Below, piece by piece: positions 56,407 through 64,000 of a stretch of DNA of 64,000 nt. Source of the DNA: Deltaproteobacteria bacterium (GTDB taxonomy: Bacteria > Desulfobacterota > Syntrophobacteria > BM002); contig JAJDNL010000133.1 in assembly GCA_022340745.1 (NCBI GenBank), forward strand, positions 5,315-69,314, given 5' to 3'. The position numbers were made by a program, and so were the translations under genes. How positions within the stretch are numbered: the stretch's first letter is position 1; each line of letters begins with the position of its first letter. A model generated the notes under the pieces. That model had not been told where the DNA came from. It worked only from the letters and a program-made list of their open reading frames with translations, and ran no database searches.

Positions 56407-58741
56407 GATGGCAGCGTCACAAAACAATCAGTCCGGCCGAGAAATCCTCAAAACCGTTCGGCGAAGCCTCAGTTTCAAGCTTGGCCTTGCGGTTGGTTTG
56501 ATTTTTCTGGCTGCGGTGCTTGCACTGACTTCTTACCTTGTCTCACTCCAGGAACAGCAGTCTTTTGAGCGAATGGAGGAAAATGTCAACCAATTTAGCG
56601 ACACGGTGAAACGTGGCACCCATTACAGCATGCTCAAGAATCAGCGCGAGAGCCTACACAAAATCATCGAGGCCATAGGCGCCCAGCCGGGAGTTGAAAA
56701 CATCCGCGTATTTAACAAAGATGGCGCCATCATGTTTGCCAGCCGGAAGGAGGACATCGGCAATTATGTTGACCTGCAGGCGGAGGCCTGTTACGCCTGC
56801 CACCGTCGTGATCAACCTCTTGAACGGCTGAGCATGAGCGACCGCAACCGTACCTACCTTAGTCCAGCCAATTATCGAGTGCTAGGGGTGATCAACCCCA
56901 TCTATAACGAATCCAGTTGTTGGCAGGCTGCATGTCACTACCACCCTGAGAAACAAAAGGTTCTTGGCGTGCTGGATATTGGTCTCTCCCTTGAATCCCT
57001 TGATCAAGAAATTCTGGCCACCAAGAAAAAGATTACCTTATTTGCTGCCATAATATTTCTGCTTGTTACCGTCATTGTGGCCGGCTGCATCCTCTACTTC
57101 GTTAAGCGGCCAATTAGCCGCTTGGTCTCGGCCACCAAACAGATTGCAAGCGGCGATTACGAGCAGGAGGTGACGGCCATCACTCAGGATGAGATTGGCG
57201 ATCTGTCCCTTGCCTTCGACGAGATGCGAAGAAATATTAGGGACCAGGCCCACGCCTACCAGAAGAGCAAAGAGGAATACCAGACCCTATTCGAACAAGT
57301 CCCCTGTCAGATCAGTGTGCAAGACCGGGATTTCCGCATTATCCAAGTAAACAGAGTCTTCCAAGAGCAGTTTGGCGAGCCACTCGGGGAATACTGCTAC
57401 AGAGCCTACAAGGGCAGGGATGAGGTCTGCCCCGTCTGTGCAGTTGAAAACACATTTCAGGATGGCAAGCCCCACTCCAGCGAGGAGGTGGGGCTGAGCA
57501 AGGACGGCACCCTCGTTCACATGCTGGTTTCAACTTCTCCCATCTTCAATGAAGAGGGCGAGGTGGTGGCCGCCATAGAGATGTCGACGGACATCACCCA
57601 GGTGCGGCTGCTGGAAGAAGAATTGAAACGCTCAGAAGAAAAGTACCGCACCCTATTCAACAGTGATCCCAACCCCATCTTTGTCTTGAACTTAGAAACC
57701 TTGGAGATCCAGGATGCCAACGACCGGGCTTTAAACTTTTACGGCTACGAAAAGGGCGAGGTCCTGGGAGGAAGCTTTCTTGATCTGGCCGATCCTCAAG
57801 AGTGGGACCGACTCAGGAAAGTCTCCTGGGATAAAGAGGGCGCTATCTTTAAGGTGAAGCACCACACCAAAGACAATGACTCGATCCATGTGAACATTCG
57901 TTACTCCAGTTTAAAGGACCTGGGCCAGGATACGGTGATTGTCACCACTTCCGATGTGACCGAACGGGTAAAGAGCGAAGCGCAGCTCATCCAGGCGAGC
58001 AAAATGGCCACTTTGGGAGAGATGTCTGCCGGCGTTGCCCACGAGTTGAACCAGCCGCTTTCCGTGATCAAGACCTCTGCCAGCTTTATAGCCAAAAAGA
58101 TAGATCGGAACGAACCGGTGGATCCGGACATTCTCCGAGAACTTGCTACGGAGATGGATAGCCAGGTGGACCGTGCCTCCTTGATCATCAATCATCTCCG
58201 CCAATTTGGCCGGAAGACCGATATTCGCAAGATGCATGTCCAGCTCAACGACTGCATTCGTGGAACCTTTACCGTCCTGGGACGCCAGCTCGAAGTGCAT
58301 GGCGTCAAGGTGGAGCTGCACCTGGAAGAAGAACTCCCGTCCATTAGAGGAGACAGCAACCGATTAGAACAGGTCTTTCTCAACCTCATTATGAACGCCA
58401 GAGACGCCATGGACGAAAAGGAAGCACTGGCGGGGAAAGGGGTTGAAAAGGTCTTGGAAATCTCCTCATTCCGAGAAAATGGTGAGGTGGTGGTGACCAT
58501 ATCCGATACCGGGTTAGGCATGAGCGAAGAGGTGAAGGAAAAGATATTCGAACCTTTCTTCACCACTAAACCAGTGGGAAAGGGAACCGGGCTTGGTCTG
58601 TCCATCAGTTTTGGCATCGTCCGGGACTACGACGGCAACATAGATCTGGAAAGCGTGGAGGGGCAGGGGACTACTTTCAGGATTAGGTTTCCAGCCGTAG
58701 AGGAGGAAACCCGGGAGCCGATGGAGGTGCTTGGTGGCTGA
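56407..58741 (+). CDS. sensor histidine kinase with periplasmic CxxCH (c-type haem) motif domain, HAMP, PAS x2, HisKA, HATPase
   Basis: TM1 and TM2 flank a ~165-aa periplasmic region containing EACYACH and SSCWQAACH. Then HAMP (..IASGDYEQEV..), PAS, H-box ..MATLGEMSAGVAHELNQPL.. and ..GTGLGLSIS.. ATPase motifs. Confidence 0.85.
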
Positions 58742-60341
58742 AACTAACCTGCACCGCGTCCTTTTGGTTGACGACGAAGAGGGTATCCGCAAGGTTGTGT
58801 CAATTGCCCTTAAGGATGCCGGCTATGAGGTTTGGACTGCCGAGAATGGCGAGCAGGGTCTGGACATCTTCAGACGCCAGCAGCCACCGCTCGTTCTTAC
58901 GGATATCAAGATGCCGGGCATAGATGGCATCGAGGTTCTACGTCGCATCAAGGCAATGGAGACCGATTCCGAAGTGATAATCATCACAGGCCACGGCGAG
59001 ATGGAACTGGCCATCAGCGCCCTGCAGCTGGAGGCCTCAGATTTTATTACCAAGCCGATTCATGATGAGGCCCTGTTCATTTCTCTAAAACGCGCCGAAG
59101 AAAAAATCTTTCTCAAAAGGCAACTCCGTGACTACACGGAGAACCTTGAACAGAAGGTCCAGGAGGCTACCGCTGAAATCCAACGTATTAGCGATTTTCA
59201 GGCCAATCTCATCGACAACTCTCTGGATGGGATAGTGGCCGGAAATAAGGAGGGAGAGATTGTTATCTTCAACAGTAGCGCCCAGCTGTTGACCGGTTAT
59301 TCGGAGGAGGAGGTGGTGGACAAGCTATCTCTGGGTGATATTTATGGTCCGGAGGTAGAAGAGAAATGGCGCACCAATTGGTGCGAGCTCAACAGAAACG
59401 CAGTGGAAGAGGCTGGCACCTATTTGGACACTACCATCCGAACCCGAGAAGGAGAGCAGATTCCAATTCGACTGACAGGCGTGAGGCTCCTTCAGGCTGA
59501 TCAGGTAATGGGCTGTGTTACCTTCTTTCAAGACTTGCGCGACATTCGCCGTCTTGAAAAACAGCTGGTGCAATCAGAGCGGATGGCGGCCATCGGCCAG
59601 ACCTCAGCCACTATCGCCCATGCCATAAAGAATATTGTCGGTGGGCTGAAAGGCGGGATGTTTGTGGTCAACAAGGGCTTCGAGTTGTCAAACCAGGACT
59701 ATCTTCAGAATGGCTGGGACATGGTGCAGCGCAACGTTAGCAAGATCTCCAGCCTGGCCATGGATCTGCTCACTTACTCCAAGGAGCGCAAACCTGAATA
59801 CCGCTTGGCTCAAGTTAATGAGGTTGCTGGGGAAGTGGTGGATCTCATGAAAGCGCGGGCAGAGGAATTCAAGGTCAATCTCATTCTGGATGCCACCGAT
59901 GGGTTGGAACCGGTGGCAATGGATGTAAGCGGTATTCATCAATGTTTGGTCAATCTGGTTAGCAATGCCATTGACGCCTGCTGGCCGGAAATCTGCGGTC
60001 ATGAACGGGGGCAGGTTGTGGTGCGCACGTGCCGCCACCCGGACTGGGCAGTTTGTGTGGAGGTTGAAGATAACGGTTGCGGCATTGAGGAGGGCGACAA
60101 GGAGAAGATCTTTACCACCTTTTTCAGCACCAAAGGTGCCGATGGAACAGGACTGGGCTTGATGAACGTCCAGAAAATAGCCCGAGAACATCAAGGACGC
60201 ATGGAGGTTGAATCCGTGCTGAATAAAGGCTCGTTATTCCGCCTGCTGCTACCTTCCGGGCCAGCCGAAGAGCGGCAAAATGGCAGTGAATCTGATCTGA
60301 GAGAGAATGCAAGCCTCGAACCGCCCTCGGCAGGGGCCTAA
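58731..60341 (+). CDS. response-regulator receiver fused to PAS and histidine kinase (hybrid REC-PAS-HK)
   Basis: TTG/GTG start overlapping upstream stop by 11 nt. REC (..LLVDDEEG..LVLTDIKMPGIDG..), PAS, H-box ..AAIGQTSATIAHAIKN.., ATPase G-boxes. Confidence 0.85.
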   Translation: MVAETNLHRVLLVDDEEGIRKVVSIALKDAGYEVWTAENGEQGLDIFRRQQPPLVLTDIKMPGIDGIEVLRRIKAMETDSEVIIITGHGEMELAISALQLEASDFITKPIHDEALFISLKRAEEKIFLKRQLRDYTENLEQKVQEATAEIQRISDFQANLIDNSLDGIVAGNKEGEIVIFNSSAQLLTGYSEEEVVDKLSLGDIYGPEVEEKWRTNWCELNRNAVEEAGTYLDTTIRTREGEQIPIRLTGVRLLQADQVMGCVTFFQDLRDIRRLEKQLVQSERMAAIGQTSATIAHAIKNIVGGLKGGMFVVNKGFELSNQDYLQNGWDMVQRNVSKISSLAMDLLTYSKERKPEYRLAQVNEVAGEVVDLMKARAEEFKVNLILDATDGLEPVAMDVSGIHQCLVNLVSNAIDACWPEICGHERGQVVVRTCRHPDWAVCVEVEDNGCGIEEGDKEKIFTTFFSTKGADGTGLGLMNVQKIAREHQGRMEVESVLNKGSLFRLLLPSGPAEERQNGSESDLRENASLEPPSAGA

Positions 60342-60358
60342 AGGGAGAGGAGGAAGCT

Positions 60359-60841
60359 ATGGTTAAATACAGCAACATTCTGTATTGCAGCGATTTTTCC
60401 GAAGAGTCGGAGATGGCATTCCACCATGCCGTTGACTTCTGCCAACGTTATGACGCCCGCCTTCACATAATTCACGTGCTGCACTCCGGTTACAAGTACA
60501 TGCGCCATGTAGTGAATGAATATGTGGAGGAAGGTAAAGAAGAAGACGTAGCAGATGAGGAACTTGTCGCCAAGGCAGAAACGGACCTCAAGGCACGATA
60601 TGGCGAGAAGTTAGAGGAGTGCAAGGAGGTAACCTTCGCAGCACGGGTCGGAGTTCCTTTTGTGGAGATTGTCCGTTACGCCAGAGAAAACAAGGTGGAT
60701 TTCATCGTCATGGGCGCCTCAGGGAGCTCTGAGTTGGACAAGCAAACTTTTGGCAGCACCGTGGAAAACGTCGCAAGACGGGCCCACTGTCATGTAATGG
60801 CCATCCGGAACCCAGAGATTGCCTTCAAGTTGCCCGGTTGA
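60359..60841 (+). CDS. universal stress protein (UspA family)
   Basis: ..ILYCSDFSE..ARLHIIHV..VMGASGSSELDKQTFGSTVENVARRAHCHVMAIR. SD GGAGAGGAGG. Confidence 0.85.
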   Translation: MVKYSNILYCSDFSEESEMAFHHAVDFCQRYDARLHIIHVLHSGYKYMRHVVNEYVEEGKEEDVADEELVAKAETDLKARYGEKLEECKEVTFAARVGVPFVEIVRYARENKVDFIVMGASGSSELDKQTFGSTVENVARRAHCHVMAIRNPEIAFKLPG

Positions 60842-60955
60842 GTCGGCAGACAACAGTCTTGGTCAGGTTGGAAGGTAAATCAGAGTGGCAGTGTATGGTC
60901 ACAAGACCAAGCCATTAAATAAAAAATAAATGATTCCAGTTAGAAGGAGAATGCC

Positions 60956-61354
60956 ATGAAGAAAAAGAAAATCTTGGTGGTGGATGATGAGCTGGACATG
61001 CGGACCTTCATCACCACTCTGCTGGAGACCAGTGGCTATAAGCCGATTATTGCCGTCAACGGAGAAGAGGGCATTCTGAAAGCCCGGGAGAAAAAGCCGG
61101 CGGCAATCATTCTAGATGTGATGATGCCTCGAGAGGGCGGGATTCAAATGTATCGGGAATTGAAAACTGACGAGGAACTCAAGGATATTCCGGTGATTAT
61201 GCTCTCGGCCATAGCCAAGAAGACCTTTTTCCATTCCCAACAAGTATTGAATACCTATCGGGGACAAAAGGTGCCTGAGCCGGCGGCCTATATCGAAAAG
61301 CCTCCGGAGACCGAGGAACTTCTACAGGTGCTAGAACAATGTATCGGTTGTTAA
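60956..61354 (+). CDS. single-domain response regulator (CheY-like receiver)
   Basis: MKKKKILVVDDELDMR..AAIILDVMMPREGG.. Confidence 0.85.
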   Translation: MKKKKILVVDDELDMRTFITTLLETSGYKPIIAVNGEEGILKAREKKPAAIILDVMMPREGGIQMYRELKTDEELKDIPVIMLSAIAKKTFFHSQQVLNTYRGQKVPEPAAYIEKPPETEELLQVLEQCIGC

Positions 61355-61422
61355 GCTTGAGCGGCTGGTGGTTTCTTATTCAACCAGTGCCAGGCGAAAT
61401 CATCTATCTGCGAGGTTAGACT

Positions 61423-64000
61423 ATGGCGGCGAAAATTGGAGTCTATATTTGTCATTGTGGAAGCAATATTGCTGGCAAGGTTGACCCTGGGGAAGTGGCA
61501 GAATTCGCCAAGGGTCTCAAGGATGTGGTGACGGCCAGGGATTACAAGTTTATGTGCTCAGATCCCGGGCAGGAGATGATCCAGGACGATATTAGGAACA
61601 TGGGACTCAACCGGGTGGTGGTGGCCTCCTGTTCCCCGAGGCTACACGAAAAGACCTTCCAGGGTGCCTGTCAGCGGGCAGGTATCAACCCTTATCTTTT
61701 CCAAATGGCTTGCATTCGTGAACACTGCTCCTGGGTCATCGAGGACAAGGATGAGGCTACCAGCAAGGCTAAAACCCTGGTGGCGGCAGCAGTAAGTCGG
61801 GTCAGTCATCATCAGAGTCTGGCGACTCGGGAAGTAGGTGTGCACCCGGATGTTTTGGTGGTAGGAGCTGGCATCGCCGGAATCCAGGCTTCCCTGGACA
61901 TTGCCAAGTCCGGCCACCAGGTCTATTTGGTAGAGAGAAACCCGTCAATTGGCGGGCACATGATGAAGTTTGACAAGACCTTTCCCACCCTGGACTGCGC
62001 CGCATGTATTTCAACACCGAAAACGGTGGCAGTGGCGCAAGAGCCTAATATTCATCTCTTTTCCTATAGTGAGGTGGCCGAGGTAGGCGGCTATGTGGGT
62101 AATTTCACTGTCAAGATCAAACGCAACGCGCGCTATGTCCGGGAGGATCAGTGTACCGGCTGTGGTCAGTGTGCTGAGGTCTGCCCGGTGTCGGTACCCA
62201 ACGAGTTTGATGAATACCTCAGCGAGCGCCAGGCCATTTATCGCTTCTTCCCCCAAGCAGTGCCCATAACCTTCTGCATTGAGAAAAAAGATCGAGCACC
62301 CTGCACCATTACCTGTCCAGCGGGCATAAACGTGCAAGGCTATGTCCAGCTCATTAAGCAGGGGAAGTATAAAGAAGCGGTCCAACTCATCATGGAGCGT
62401 TTACCCCTGCCAGGTGTTCTGGGCCGTGTCTGTCCTCACCCGTGCGAGTTCCAGTGTCGTAGGGCGGAGATGGATGAGGCCATTGCCATAAGGGACTTGA
62501 AGCGCTTTGCCGCTGACCAGGTAGATTTGGAAGCTCTGCCCTTGCCTGAAATCGAGGAAAAGCAGGAAAGAGTGGCGGTGGTGGGCTCGGGCCCCGCGGG
62601 ATTGACTGTGGCCTACGATCTGCGGCTCAAGGGTTATCAAGTCACCATCTTTGAAGCGCTCCCGGTGTTGGGCGGCATGCTGCGTGTGGGCATTCCCGAC
62701 TACAGGCTGCCTCCAGAGATTTTGGACCGAGAAATCCAGAACATTCTCAGGTTGGGCATCGACACTCAGACCGACAAGAGACTGGGATTCGATTTCACTC
62801 TGGATGACTTGAGGGAACAAGGTTACAAAGCTATTTTTCTGGGCATCGGTGCCCACCGAAGTTTGAAGCTGGGCATAAGTGGCGAGGAAGATTTCGAGGA
62901 CGTCCTGGATGCAGTGGATTTCCTTCGGGAGGTGAATCTCGGCGATCGGCAAAAGCCGGGTAGCCGGGTGGTCGTTGTTGGCGGGGGCAACGTGGCCATT
63001 GATGCTGCCAGAGGGGCGTTGCGACTCGGCTGTGAGCAAGTGGACATTGTCTACCGGCGAAGTCGCGAGGAGATGCCCGCCTATGCAGAAGAGATTGAGG
63101 GTGCTTTGTCCGAGGGAGTGAAGATCCACTATCTCACAGCACCTATGCGCATTGTGGGCGAAAACGGCAGGGTTACCGGATTTGAGTGTCTCCGAACCGA
63201 ACTGGGGCCACCGGATGAAAGCGGCAGGCGAAGGCCGGTGCCGGTGGAAGGCTCGGAGTTCATCATAGATTGCGACGCGGTCATACCGGCTATTGGCCAG
63301 CAGCCCGAGGTAGATTGGACTGTGGATCAGACTGATCTCGAGATCACCCGCCGGAACACATTAGTGGTAAGTCCAAACACCATGCAAACTGCTATCCCTG
63401 ATGTCTTTGGTGCTGGCGACGCGGTGAGCGGTCCGGCAACGGTAATAGAGGCGGTGGCTGCAGGTCATAAAGCGGCGGAAGCCATGCATCGCTACATTAA
63501 CGGGGAAGATCTCGACCTCTTGGCTGAAGAGTTGGTAGCCAAGGAGCCACCGGGGCAGGACTGGCAGGAGATTCCTGAAGATGCTGTCCCAGAGTCCAGG
63601 GCTCATCTGGCTCATCGGGATCCTCAGGAAAGCGCTTCTTCCTTTGACGAGGTAGCCCTGGGATTCAGCGAGGATGAAGCACAGCGGGAGGCGAGCCGCT
63701 GCATTAATTGTGGGATCTGCTGTGAGTGCATGGAGTGTGTTAGGGCCTGTGAAAGAGATGCGGTTGACCACCAAATGATTGAGGAAGAGGTCGAGATAAA
63801 GGTGGGTAGCATCGTCATGGCCACGGGATTCCAAACCCTGGACCCCACTCCAATGAAGCAATACGGGTACGGAGAATTTGATGAGGTTTACACCGGCTTG
63901 GAGTTTGAGCGGTTAAACAACGCGGTTGGACCCACAGGTGGGCAGATCCTGATGAAGAACGGCAAGGTACCGGAAAGCGTTGGCATCTTTCACTGTGTAG
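61423..64000 (+). CDS. hdrA: HdrA-like FAD/FeS flavoprotein with inserted GltD/NfnB-like NAD(P)H-binding domain (partial, continues beyond window end)
   Basis: Open frame from ATG 61423 to the window end (verified by hand, not in ORF track). MAAKIGVYICHCGSNIAG.. Cys-cluster, ..VLVVGAGIAGIQAS.. FAD motif, 2x[4Fe4S] ferredoxin CTGCGQCAEVCP, second Rossmann ..VAVVGSGPAGL.. (GltD-like), C-terminal CINCGICCECMECVRAC. Confidence 0.8.
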   Translation, partial: MAAKIGVYICHCGSNIAGKVDPGEVAEFAKGLKDVVTARDYKFMCSDPGQEMIQDDIRNMGLNRVVVASCSPRLHEKTFQGACQRAGINPYLFQMACIREHCSWVIEDKDEATSKAKTLVAAAVSRVSHHQSLATREVGVHPDVLVVGAGIAGIQASLDIAKSGHQVYLVERNPSIGGHMMKFDKTFPTLDCAACISTPKTVAVAQEPNIHLFSYSEVAEVGGYVGNFTVKIKRNARYVREDQCTGCGQCAEVCPVSVPNEFDEYLSERQAIYRFFPQAVPITFCIEKKDRAPCTITCPAGINVQGYVQLIKQGKYKEAVQLIMERLPLPGVLGRVCPHPCEFQCRRAEMDEAIAIRDLKRFAADQVDLEALPLPEIEEKQERVAVVGSGPAGLTVAYDLRLKGYQVTIFEALPVLGGMLRVGIPDYRLPPEILDREIQNILRLGIDTQTDKRLGFDFTLDDLREQGYKAIFLGIGAHRSLKLGISGEEDFEDVLDAVDFLREVNLGDRQKPGSRVVVVGGGNVAIDAARGALRLGCEQVDIVYRRSREEMPAYAEEIEGALSEGVKIHYLTAPMRIVGENGRVTGFECLRTELGPPDESGRRRPVPVEGSEFIIDCDAVIPAIGQQPEVDWTVDQTDLEITRRNTLVVSPNTMQTAIPDVFGAGDAVSGPATVIEAVAAGHKAAEAMHRYINGEDLDLLAEELVAKEPPGQDWQEIPEDAVPESRAHLAHRDPQESASSFDEVALGFSEDEAQREASRCINCGICCECMECVRACERDAVDHQMIEEEVEIKVGSIVMATGFQTLDPTPMKQYGYGEFDEVYTGLEFERLNNAVGPTGGQILMKNGKVPESVGIFHCV

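Noticed and set aside
62401-63129. 242-aa minus-strand ORF
   Set aside because: Antisense shadow inside the hdrA-like gene. The same applies to 42114..42722, 44034..44486, 53434..53928, 59688..60194, 26172..26874 and 3254..3775.

Overview
This 64 kb window looks like chromosomal DNA from a probable anaerobic Deltaproteobacterium/Desulfobacterota-type organism (about 50% GC, HdrA-GltD fusion, Na+-decarboxylase beta subunit, selenoprotein, sigma-54 signalling, dense REP-like intergenic repeats). About 56 protein genes are supported. Housekeeping genes include dnaE, aroB, a type I-beta DAHP synthase, gdhA, nadE, malQ and rdgB. There is an iron-uptake locus (fur, a Fur-FeoA fusion, feoA, feoB), menaquinone-type genes (UbiA prenyltransferase, ubiE/menG) and a rhodanese-DUF1573-rhodanese cluster with lpoB. 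At the 3' end a signalling cluster (sigma-54 activator, haem-motif sensor kinase, REC-PAS kinase, USP, CheY-like regulator) precedes a partial hdrA-like gene. No rRNA, tRNA, CRISPR, transposase, integrase or prophage was found. The most notable observations, all read directly from the sequence, are listed below.
- A HesB/IscA-like selenoprotein whose in-frame UGA and downstream SECIS-like hairpin are invisible to the ORF track.
- A self-contained sigma-54 circuit: four phased TTGCAA palindromes act as a candidate upstream activator sequence for a near-consensus -24/-12 promoter in front of a sensor kinase with periplasmic CxxCH haem motifs.
- A roughly 140 bp two-hairpin element in three copies; one copy is an exact 141-nt in-frame insertion that disrupts a PNPOx-family gene.
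- At least four further families of intergenic repeats, one of which overlaps the start codons of minus-strand genes.
- A Fur-FeoA fusion.
- A consensus-promoter sRNA candidate.
- An unannotated 58-aa cysteine-rich ORF.
All functional calls come from motif recognition by eye. No database search or computation was possible.
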